A stretch of DNA of 64,000 nt, taken from contig CM102290.1 in assembly GCA_046563655.1 (NCBI GenBank), forward strand, positions 10,106,001 through 10,170,000, read 5' to 3'. Numbering within the stretch: position 1 is the stretch's first letter; every line of letters begins with the position of its first letter. Source of the stretch: Yuukianura sp. NJ FZ-2021 (lineage: Eukaryota). Both the position numbers and the translations under genes were made by a program. The notes under the pieces were generated by a model that did no database searches, was not told where the DNA came from, and was given only the letters and a program-made list of their open reading frames with translations. Below, piece by piece: positions 12,701 to 24,700 of the stretch.

Positions 12701-15497
12701 ACTCGATAAAAATTCTGTCGGAATTGACGTGATTTGGAATGAAATTACTACTCGCGTTTAATTTTTTGCTTATATTTTTAGGCATGGACTGTGAAAAGGA
12801 GTGTCCAGCGAACAAGTGGGGAGACGCATGCGAGAATGATTGTGACTGTGGAGGAGGTGATTGCGATCCTCGTCTTGGGAAGTGTCATTGTCCACCGGGA
12901 AAGACCGGACCAAGTTAGTGTCTAACATTAATTCGGATTTCAATCATTTCTTTTTAAGTAGACGGCATGCTTTGTAAGCGGGGAATTTATTAGGATTATT
13001 TAATTTATTTCAGAATGCGCAGAAACTTGTCCTCCTGGTACGTTTGGCCTTGAGTGTGCACAGCGTTGTTCCTATTGCAAACATGGTGAGAAAATACTGA
13101 ATACATTGTTACAAAGATATACGTATTTATGTAATATTGTAAATTATTTGGCATTAAGAGTTATCCAAATTTCAAGCGTTTGAAATTGTGGCATGCTTGT
13201 TAAGAATCACGTTTTGCTCAAAATTAATTTCCGTGATCTGTTGATTCTGATTAGGCACCAGTTGTAATCCCGTGACGGGGCAGTGTATTTGTGACATTGT
13301 CCACACTGGATACATTGGCTGGCACTGCAACTCCATCTGTCCGACTGGCACCTTTGGTGAAGGTTGTCGCCAGAAGTGCAAATGTGCCAATGGAGATTGT
13401 GACCCACGAACAGGTATGGAATTTCGGAGTTTTTTTGCTTCAAAATTCGTAAATTTTGTTATATAAATGTTAAATGTTTTAGGTGAATGCCGGTGTTACC
13501 CGGGATGGATGGCTGGACCGTTGAAAGATTGTACTCAAGGTTGTACAGAAAAGAAGTTTGGCTACAACTGCACTCAAGACTGTCAGTGCAACAATGGAGA
13601 TGCTTGTCGTGCTGTTGACGGAGAGTGTCAGTGTTCCCCTGGCTGGACCGGAAATCGTTGCAATTCACGTAAGATGCACTATCTAAGAATAATGAATTGG
13701 ACTTTAACTTTGGTTGTGCTGTAATTTTAGCGTGTCCAAATGGATACTATGGGCCTAACTGTTTTGCAAGATGCGAATGCCCATCTTCGGATTACATTTG
13801 CGACCATGTCTTGGGCTGTCTCAAAATGGGTAAGTTACTCAATTATGAAAGTTTCAAATGGACGTTTGCCAGTTTAACGTTTATTCATTTTGATTTTCAG
13901 AATTTTCAAATGAGATCTCAGAGGATGTTGATGGAGAAAAGTTTCAGTGTATGAAAGCAATTGTTATTGGGATACCAGGCACTGACACCATTAAGGGTAT
14001 ACAAAGTTTACCAATTGACATATGTTAAGATTATTAATTTATTTAACTTAAAATGTGCATTTATTATAGCTGCAGATCCTGAAGGCGGTACGCACGGAGG
14101 CACTATCGCTGGCGTTGTGATTTTGGCTGTTTTAGTTCTAACAGCTATCGTCGGTGTCATCCTTTACTGCAGAAGGAAAGTAGATAAACTAGGTGAAGGT
14201 CATGTACACTACAAGGCCGATCCATCCATGGGTTCTGGTAAGTTTTCGCGTGTTACTGTATTCGGTATAGAAGTTAGTTGAGCTAACTTGAATATATTAG
14301 TTTCCGGAGTTGGAAGTGCTGCTGCCTGGGAACGCTTTGTTTTTTAATCACGTAGATAAATTATATGTTCTGAGCTGAGATTTTTTGGACGAGAGGGAAC
14401 AGTGCAAAGTGATCGTCTTCTTCCCTTTTCCTCTTACCTTTTGTAACCGTTGAGGACTTGCTTTTTGCAGATCGGCATCATTTTGACAATCCAGTCTATT
14501 CGTATCATCCCATGAGTGGAAGAGGTGCATCAGGAGAGTTGCCTCCACATCTCAACAATATGAGTCCCATCAACAACTTTGCAGCTCTAAGTGCGAAAAA
14601 TCAGAAACATCAAAACTGGAAGTACAATGACGGAGATGACGACGGAAGCAGTCGAGGTAAACAGAAATTATAACTAACAATGTTTAACGCTTTTCCCACG
14701 CTCGTCACTTTCTCTTGGTTTCCATCCGTTGACCCATTTCTTTAGTTGTTTGCTTTGAGGCCGTAACATATTACTTAAAAACTAACTAAAAGTAAAAAGC
14801 ACACATACGACTTTTCGTATTCTGTTTTTCTCTGCTGCCACTTCTTCAGCTTTCATCAATTGGCTTTATGAAGAAGGTATGTTGTAGACATAGGGCATAT
14901 TTCCGGGAAACCTTCAAACTTATTCTATTCATTCAAGAAATGTTGCACCGAATTCCTTCTTCGATTTTAAATCGCATGTCCTTATACTCGGTTTGTCTTT
15001 CTGTTTCAGGCAATGGAAGTTCCTATGACTATCCATCAGCGGCTCAGAAGAATCGCGAAGCGGATGCCCATAACCCCAATTTGGCTAATTTCTATGGAGC
15101 GGAAGGAGATGCGTACAATGACCCTGTGTATTATGAAATTCCGGATGGCCCCAAAGATGGAAACCTTTGTAAGTTGGAGAACGAAGTAGACTTGTTGATT
15201 TACAGAAAGGAATAGCAATGTTTATTACTATGTTTAGGTGGATCTGATGGAGACGAATATGATCATCTGAGCTACATTCGTCCTTCTTCTACAATGAACC
15301 CGCGTTACACGCAAGTTGAAACCACGCTCAAGAAAGGAGCCAGTGCTTCTAACGGTCTTCTTCCTACACATGTTGAACACAATGAGAAGGACAATCGAAC
15401 GGTAGTCGTTTTACCAAATAAAGAAAGCAATCAATCCAGTAACTCTCCTTCGTCCTCCACCCGCAACCCATTCGATGACAACTCGCTACGAAATTAA
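9778..15497 (+). CDS. drpr: Draper/CED-1/MEGF10-like engulfment receptor, about 26 coding exons
   Basis: Signal peptide MDRIWSIVGVFFVGLILNVSCS, EMI domain (YVWC...RCSKY...CCKGF), NIM repeat (CSPVCNPPCNKGKCIAPDVCEC) and many laminin-type EGF repeats (CxCxNGGxCDxxTGxCxCxPGWxG). These are followed by a TM segment (IAGVVILAVLVLTAIVGVILYC), the cytoplasmic NPxY motif HHFDNPVY and ITAM-like YYEI...YDHL. Stop codon at 15495-15497. Confidence 0.95.
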
Positions 15498-16544
15498 GGC
15501 GAGTCACGTCTTTTTCCTTAGAATTTGGAAATCTGAAAAATTTTTGATGGCAGGTTGTTTAATTCACACGCCAAAGCTCACCAAAATACGTGGGAAAATT
15601 AAGCTACACTTTTGAAAAAATCGTTTACTTAAAACTAGTGGGTGTCCATCCTTTCCTTCACAATTTGTATCTTTCTAATATTTTAAGAATTTTAAACAAT
15701 TTTTAAACATTGTAAAACTTTTTTAAACTTATCTGTAATTTAGTTTACTTAATTTGCATGTATATACTTTACGATAATTTTATTTATAAGCGTAAAAGCT
15801 CACAGTCCATCCTACAATTTTACAGTTTCTTTCCAAGTTATGTTTACTCTCGCAACGGCGTATAACTGAGACTGTCCTTTTGCCAATTACTGAGGTGTTT
15901 GATAAGTTATAGTGTTGTAATTTACATTTAAGTGGATCATAACTCCTGTTCCGAGCACAATGTTTAGAAAAAGTTCCATTTTTAAAGTCTGCCAGCACTT
16001 AACTACTCTTCCGTCTAAAATTGTAAACAAAAATCGAAGCAGCTCTGTAGTTCAAAAATGTGAGATGACTGGAGATTAAGCGTCCCACCCTTGAGCTTCC
16101 CCGCATTTTGTGATAGACGAGAGAACAAGATAATTATTTATATAAGAATCAAAGTCTACGAAGCAAAATAAATCATGCATAACTTGTAAACTTGTCTAAT
16201 TGTCTAATTGTCCAAATGCTCTGATTATCGCCCATATTCTGTAATTTTTCTGGTCTTTCTGTTAAAAAGTTGGGATTTTGTGAATAATTTTTGTTACTTC
16301 CAGCGAAGTTACACCATTACACCTGGAGACTATCAATTCACTTCACAAATTGGCAAATTGGACCTTTTTTAAGATTTTTTAAAAAGAGAAACATGGATTG
16401 CTTGTAATAAGAACTGAAAAAGTTGATTACAAAATTAAGCACGTTCGATGGATTAATCCCCAAACTTTTTCATTTAGTTCAAGCTTTTTCCATACAAAAT
16501 ATTAAAAAAATTCAAAAAAAAATAAAAATAAAATAAAAATGAAA

Positions 16545-19500
16545 TTTTATATCGCCGGAACGGAAAGCGTTAGAGACCTAATCTCTTCACGAAAAACTTT
16601 TAAAAAACATGACAAATTTTAACAAATATTAAAAACTCCAAAATCGAACATCAAGTTTTTTGTCAAATTTTGAAAAAAACCATGGATTTTTTCGAAATTT
16701 GGTCAAAATCTGAGGGTACCTTTTTATATTTTCTAAAAATACTACATATTTTTGTGAATTCAGGGGCGAAGAGTTTAGCTCTCTATCACTTCCCGTTCCT
16801 GAGATATGAATTTTGAAAGTTTTTGAAAATTAAAATGAAATTTTGAAATTTTATATCTCGGCAACGGAAAGCGATAGAGACCTAATCTCTTCGCGAAAAA
16901 CTTTTAAAAAACATGACAAATTTTAACAAATATTAAAAAGTCCAAAATCGAACATCAAGTTTTTCGTCAAATTTTGAAAAAAACCATGGACTATAGTCCA
17001 TGGTTTTTTGTGAAATTTCGTCAAAATCTAAGGGTACCTTTTTATATTTTCTAAAAATACTACATATTTTTGTGAATTCAGGGGCGAAGAGTTTAGCTCT
17101 CTATCACTTCCCGTTCCCGAGATATGAATTTTGAAAGTTTTTGAAAATTAAAATAAAATTTTGAAAATTTATATCTCAGCAACGGAAAGCGTTAGAGACC
17201 TAATCTCTTCGCGAAAAAGTTTAAAAAAATATGAAGAATTTTAACAAATATTAAAAAGTCCAAAATCGAACATCAAGTTTTTCGTCAAATTTTGAAAAAA
17301 ACCATGGACTATATATAGTATATGGTTTTTTGTGAAATTTCGTCAAAATCTAAGGGTACCTTTTTATATTTTCTAAAAATACTACATATTTTTGTGAATT
17401 CAGGGGCGAAGAGTTTAGCTCTCTATCACTTCCCGTTCCCGAGATATGAATTTTGAAAGTTTTTGAAAATTAAAATAAAATTTTGAAAATTTATATCTCG
17501 GCAACGGAAAGCGTTAGAGACCTAATCTCTTCGCGAAAAACTTTTAAAAAGCATGACAAATTTTAACAAATATTAAAAAGTCCAAAATCGAACATCAAGT
17601 TTTTCGTCAAATTTTGAAAAAAAACATGGACTATAGTCCATGGTTTTTTGTGAAATTTCGTCAAAATCTAAGGGTACCTTTTTATATTTTCTAAAAATAC
17701 TACATATTTTTGTGAATTCAGGGGCGAAGAGTTTAGCTCTCTATCACTTCCCGTTCCCGAGATATGAATTTTGAAAGTTTTTGAAAATTAAAATAAAATT
17801 TTGAAAATTTATATCTCAGCAACGGAAAGCGTTAGAGACCTAATCTCTTCGCGAAAAAGTTTAAAAAAATATGAAGAATTTTAACAAATATTAAAAAGTC
17901 CAAAATCGAACATCAAGTTTTTCGTCAAATTTTGAAAAATACCATGGACTATAGTCCATGGTTTTTTGTGAAATTTCGTCAAAATCTAAGGGTACCTTTT
18001 TATATTTTCTAAAAATACTACATATTTTTGTGAATTCAGGGGCGAAGAGTTTAGCTCTCTATCACTTCCCGTTCCCGAGATATGAATTTTGAAAGTTTTT
18101 GAAAATTAAAATAAAATTTTGAAAATTTATATCTCGGCAACGGAAAGCGTTAGAGACCTAATCTCTTCGCGAAAAACTTTTAAAAAACATGACAAATTTT
18201 AACAAATATTAAAAAGTCCAAAATCGAACATCAAGTTTTTCGTCAAATTTTGAAAAAAACCATGGACCATAGTCCATGGTTTTTTGTGAAATTTCGTCAA
18301 AATCTAAGGGTACCTTTTTATATTTTCTAAAAATACTACATATTTTTGTGAATTCAGGGGCGAAGAGTTTAGCTCTCTATCACTTCCCGTTCCCGAGATA
18401 TGAATTTTGAAAGTTTTTGAAAATTAAAATAAAATTTTGAAAATTTATATCTCAGCAACGGAAAGCGTTAGAGACCTAATCTCTTCGCGAAAAAGTTTTA
18501 AAAATATGAAGAATTTTAACAAATATTAAAAAGTCCAAAATCGAACATCAAGTTTTTCGTCAAATTTTGAAAAAAACCATGGACTATAGTCCATGGTTTT
18601 TTGTGAAATTTCGTCAAAATCTAAGGGTACCTTTTTATATTTTCTAAAAATACTACATATTTTTGTGAATTCAGGGGCGAAGAGTTTAGCTCTCTATCAC
18701 TTCCCGTTCCCGAGATATGAATTTTGAAAGTTTTTGAAAATTAAAATAAAATTTTGAAAATTTATATCTCGGCAACGGAAAGCGTTAGAGACCTAATCTC
18801 TTCGCGAAAAACTTTTAAAAAGCATGACAAATTTTAACAAATATTAAAAAGTCCAAAATCGAACATCAAGTTTTTCGTCAAATTTTGAAAAAAAACATGG
18901 ACTATAGTCCATGGTTTTTTGTGAAATTTCGTCAAAATCTAAGGGTACCTTTTTATATTTTCTAAAAATACTACATATTTTTGTGAATTCAGGGGCGAAG
19001 AGTTTAGCTCTCTATCACTTCCCGTTCCCGAGATATGAATTTTGAAAGTTTTTGAAAATTAAAATAAAATTTTGAAAATTTATATCTCAGCAACGGAAAG
19101 CGTTAGAGACCTAATCTCTTCGCGAAAAAGTTTAAAAAAATATGAAGAATTTTAACAAATATTAAAAAGTCCAAAATCGAACATCAAGTTTTTCGTCAAA
19201 TTTTGAAAAAAACCATGGACTATATATAGTATATGGTTTTTTGTGAAATTTCGTCAAAATCTAAGGGTACCTTTTTATATTTTCTAAAAATACTACATAT
19301 TTTTGTGAATTCAGGGGCGAAGAGTTTAGCTCTCTATCACTTCCCGTTCCCGAGATATGAATTTTGAAAGTTTTTGAAAATTAAAATAAAATTTTGAAAA
19401 TTTATATCTCGGCAACGGAAAGCGTTAGAGACCTAATCTCTTCGCGAAAAACTTTTAAAAAGCATGACAAATTTTAACAAATATTAAAAAGTCCAAAATC

Positions 19501-21390
19501 GAACATCAAGTTTTTCGTCAAATTTTGAAAAAAACCATGGACTATAGTCCATGGTTTTTTGTGAAATTTCGTCAAAATCTAAGGGTACCTTTTTATATTT
19601 TCTAAAAATACTACATATTTTTGTGAATTCAGGGGCGAAGAGTTTAGCTCTCTATCACTTCCCGTTCCCGAGATATGAATTTTGAAAGTTTTTGAAAATT
19701 AAAATAAAATTTTGAAAATTTATATCTCAGCAACGGAAAGCGTTAGAGACCTAATCTCTTCGCGAAAAAGTTTAAAAAAATATGAAGAATTTTAACAAAT
19801 ATTAAAAAGTCCAAAATCGAACATCAAGTTTTTCGTCAAATTTTGAAAAAAAACCATGGACTATAGTCCATGGTTTTTTGTGAAATTTCGTCAAAATCTA
19901 AGGGTACCTTTTTATATTTTCTAAAAATACTACATATTTTTGTGAATTCAGGGGCGAAGAGTTTAGCTCTCTATCACTTCCCGTTCCCGAGATATGAATT
20001 TTGAAAGTTTTTGAAAATTAAAATAAAATTTTGAAAATTTATATCTCGGCAACGGAAAGCGTTAGAGACCTAATCTCTTCGCGAAAAACTTTTAAAAAAC
20101 ATGACAAATTTTAACAAATATTAAAAAGTCCAAAATCGAACATCAAGTTTTTCGTCAAATTTTGAAAAAAACCATGGACCATAGTCCATGGTTTTTTGTG
20201 AAATTTCGTCAAAATCTAAGGGTACCTTTTTATATTTTCTAAAAATACTACATATTTTTGTGAATTCAGGGGCGAAGAGTTTAGCTCTCTATCACTTCCC
20301 GTTCCCGAGATATGAATTTTGAAAGTTTTTGAAAATTAAAATAAAATTTTGAAAATTTATATCTCAGCAACGGAAAGCGTTAGAGACCTAATCTCTTCGC
20401 GAAAAAGTTTAAAAAAATATGAAGAATTTTAACAAATATTAAAAAGTCCAAAATCGAACATCAAGTTTTTCGTCAAATTTTGAAAAAAACCATGGACTAT
20501 AGTCCATGGTTTTTTGTGAAATTTCGTCAAAATCTAAGGGTACCTTTTTATATTTTCTAAAAATACTACATATTTTTGTGAATTCAGGGGCGAAGAGTTT
20601 AGCTCTCTATCACTTCCCGTTCCCGAGATATGAATTTTGAAAGTTTTTGAAAATTAAAATAAAATTTTGAAAATTTATATCTCAGCAACGGAAAGCGTTA
20701 GAGACCTAATCTCTTCGCGAAAAAGTTTAAAAAAATATGAAGAATTTTAACAAATATTAAAAAGTCCAAAATCGAACATCAAGTTTTTCGTCAAATTTTG
20801 AAAAAAACCATGGACTATAGTCCATGGTTTTTTGTGAAATTTCGTCGAAATCTAAGGGTACCTTTTTATATTTTCTAAAAATACTACATATTTTTGTGAA
20901 TTCAAGGGCGAAGAGTTTAGCTCTCTATCACTTCCCGTTCCCGAGATATGAATTTTGAAAGTTTTTGAAAATTACAATAAAATTTTGAAAATTTATATCT
21001 CAGCAACGGAAAGCGTTAGAGACCTAATCTCTTCGCGAAAAAGTTTAAAAAAATATGAAGAATTTTAACAAATATTAAAAAGTCCAAAATCGAACATCAA
21101 GTTTTTCGTCAAATTTTGAAAAAAACCATGGACTATAGTCCATGGTTTTTTGTGAAATTTCGTCAAAATCTAAGGGTACCTTTTTATGTTTTCTAAAAAT
21201 ACTACATATTTTTGTGAATTCAGGGGCGAAGAGTTTAGCTCTCTATCACTTCCCGTTCCCGAGATATGAATTTTGAAAGTTTTTTAAAATAAAAAATAAA
21301 ATTTTGAAATTTTATATCTCGTGAACGGAAAGCGATAGAGATCTAATATCTTCACGAAAAACTCTCAAAACACATGATAAATGAAAAACT
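16545..21390. repeat. Tandem satellite, ~318-bp imperfectly palindromic unit, about 15 copies
   Basis: The anchor GCAACGGAAAGCG recurs at 16861, 17179, 17501, 17819, 18137, 18455, 18772, 19090, 19412, 19730, 20049, 20367, 20685 and 21003. Each unit has the central hairpin AAAAAACCATGGACTATAGTCCATGGTTTTTT. Confidence 0.98.
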
Positions 21391-21723
21391 ATTCTATCGA
21401 AAGTGTTTGATCCTCAAACGAAAATTTCAAAATTTTTGAACCTTCACACACGTTCTAGCGTTGATGTCCACTCATATGTTTTAACCACTCAGATATTTTT
21501 TTTATTTCGTAAACCATTTTGCAATATTCAACAACAACATTCGGTGCGGTGGCAGTTCCTAAAGAGAGACTACAGAGAATAAAATCTAATAAAATACTAA
21601 TAATAAACTGTGAATTGAATGGATGAATAACTTATTGGGTTTGACGAGTAGTAGAGAAATTGAGTGCCTAACTAAATAACAAGCTCGAAATAACAATTAA
21701 AAATAAATATAATTTAGGAAAAC

Positions 21724-24700
21724 CTAAGATGCTTTTGAGGAGTCAATGAGGCAAAGATTTTCTGCCAAAAACTGATCATACTTTACAGCGTCACCGTTGA
21801 GAATACTATGTAAGAAATGTAATGATGCGGGCGTCGTAACCGCGACGAACGGTTGGGGGAGACTGTGTTTCCAGAGACGTAAATTGAAAGTGGCCATTCC
21901 CACCGCACCATGAATTCGTAGTGGACTAGAATCAATTTGTTCGAAACCACTGAGACCCTTATAGCGGTATATCTGCAGCCCAGTGTCCTTGGTTAGAAAG
22001 GCAACAAAATCTTGGTTTCCAACTGAAATTCCTTGGATGCTCAAGAGTCCAGGAGCCTTCAGACGCTGGAATATCGACACCCGCTGATTGGTAATCTCGA
22101 ACACCTAAAAAACGAGACCAATATTTCAAAATTTAACCTGTGAAAATCAAATTACGGCAACGTGTTCCTTGAACTTACCACAAGAGTGCAGTCAGATGGT
22201 ATGAAGGCATCCCTTCCTTCTAGAAATCCGAACGCTTTATTACCAGTCGTTATTACATCAACCATATCCGCTGATGACTGGTTTAACCCAGGTCCCTGGT
22301 AGGGTTGTGGCACAAATTCAATACTTCCAGCGGATCCAAAAAGTTTGAAATGAGCAGCTTGATCGGTTTGATAGAAAAGCCCAATCGAGTTCCCAAATGC
22401 GGTTGCTTTCATTTTGACCACAGGATCTTCTAATTTCGTTTCTTGACTAAGGGCGAACTGTTGTTTAGAAGGGTCCCATACATAAAGCTGCAAAGTTTGG
22501 CGATCTGTTCCAAGGATGAATAGAGCTGAATTCATTGAAGTTCCTTCTCGGTAGGTAGTAAGTGAAATACGCCCACTGCTGCCACTGTAAACCCACTCCT
22601 TTGTGCTGAAAACTCCGTTAGGGTCCATTGTCATGAAGGAAACGCCTTCCCCGGTTGAACAACTGGATTGTACGTTGCTGACGACCAAGATTCCAATGTC
22701 TCCGACTGTCACACTCTCCAACTGTATGGCGCTGCCAATTCGGGTAACTGAGTACGAATACTGGAACAGCTCCGTCGCAATGTCAAATTCAAACGATCCC
22801 ATTTCGCATGTTGCCGAAGAAGATATAAGACGGCTTACATTTCCAGCTTCAATGAAGCTAAGTCGGTTAACCTGAAATTGTTGGAGGAAATGGTAGAATT
22901 AGTCTATATAATTATTTTGATAACCTACTAAACTTGTAAAGGTTAAAAGACTAAAACACTCACAGGTTGCTTTAGAGAAATCGGTGGCTGATGGACTTCG
23001 AAGAACTCCAGTTTTACTGGGCTCCGAGACACTCTCCGGAACAATTCATCGAGAAGCTGGCATTGCTCATCAAAGTACTTTCGTTCAGCAGAAAAATTGT
23101 TCTCCGCTTTGACTGCCTCTGCTTTCTTTTCATCGATGAGTTCCCCAATGTGAAATCCGTCTAATTTTCCATCCCCAGTGACATGGCCCTTGAAAGTCAC
23201 TCCGCCTGCAAAAGTCCATGCTCCACTGATTGTTTGTTTTGTGCCGTTCGTCAAGTAGTTTGTCTTCAGCCCCTCCAAACTCTCTCCGTTGATGTTTCCA
23301 CCAACTTCCAAAGAGTTCTCTACGGTTAGTGTCTTCGCAAAAAACACGGGCGACGTAATGTGGCCACCTTCGTTCAATAGCACAAGATCTCCACGCAGGT
23401 CATTCAAGCACTCCAAATTCCCGTTTACAGTTACGTCACCATCAAATGTCAAAACTCCGTTTACGACTTGGTGGTGCTTGGAATTTTTCTGAAACCAAAT
23501 AACATAAACTAATAAAGGTATAAACAACACAAGACAAATTCCGGGTTGTAAAAACATTATACTTACAGAAAGCGTTCGCTGATACTCTTCCATGATGCTA
23601 TAACCGCAAACAAGTCCACCAACTTCAATATTCCTTCCTCGAAGAAGTGCTTCTTTGACATTCAGTTTACCCAACTTCTGACCTCTATCCAGCCGAATAA
23701 CGTTTGCAAGGATAACGCCGTTGAGAACTTTAACGTCATTCACATTTCCATCGACGACTGCAGAGTCAAGATACATTGTTCCGAGTGACTCCTTGGATTT
23801 GAGATAAGCCGCTTCTTCAATGAACTCTGTTAAATTGTATTCTCCGACTAGACCATGCGATTCAATGTCTCCTTGTTGTAGACGTAACGTTGTTGCTTCT
23901 ACTTCTTTCGCAAATACAACTGCTGACGGAAATCGAATGTTTTGAGTCCTTAGTAAAATTCTACTCAATGAAGAGACAGCAACTCCGTTGACAGTGTCCA
24001 CAATCATGTTTCCTTGGACAGTAATTGGCTCTGTGAAGGTTTTATGTCCAGTGATCCGCAAACCTCTGTCTTGGACATGTACAACAGACAGTAGGAATTT
24101 CTTAATGTCAGTTCCTTGGACTAGGTTTTGAACGATGAGGGAAGTGGAATCCAGCTGAGCGTCTCCATCAACGTCATACTTGAGAACATGTACTGTTCCA
24201 TTTTCACAGGTATAGATACTGGACAGCCAAGGAAGAGATACCGAGTTGATATACCCGGTTGACAACAGCTCTCCATCTAATTGGAAATCGCCTTCAAAAT
24301 GCATCCGGCCTTTGATGTCCTGATCAGTTTTGAGTGTAAACAAGTAGGGAAGCAGATCGTCTCCATTGACTTTGTTCACGAGCAAATCTTCCTTAACATC
24401 TACGGAAGTTAGGAAGGTATTCTCTCCCACAATGTACACGTTTGACTCTCCATTGCGAAGGCTGTCGGCATCCAGTTTTGCCAAATCCACGCCACAAGTT
24501 GTGCCTTGTACGGTCAAGTCTGAGTTGACTAGCAAAGACTATAACATGAAGAAACAAAATCTCTTAAAACTGGCCCATTTACCTAACTTTTTACAAAAGG
24601 AATAGACTAATTTGTTTTTGGTTTACCTCGAATTCCCAAGTTCCAGTGACTTTGATTTCATTTTTTCCACGAAGCGGAACAGCTTGTTCAAATACTCTAT

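Noticed and set aside
21400..21460. CTAG and a weak hairpin at the right end of the 318-bp array as a Helitron 3' end
   Set aside because: The stem is only ~4 bp, the expected flanking T is missing and no matching 5' end was found.
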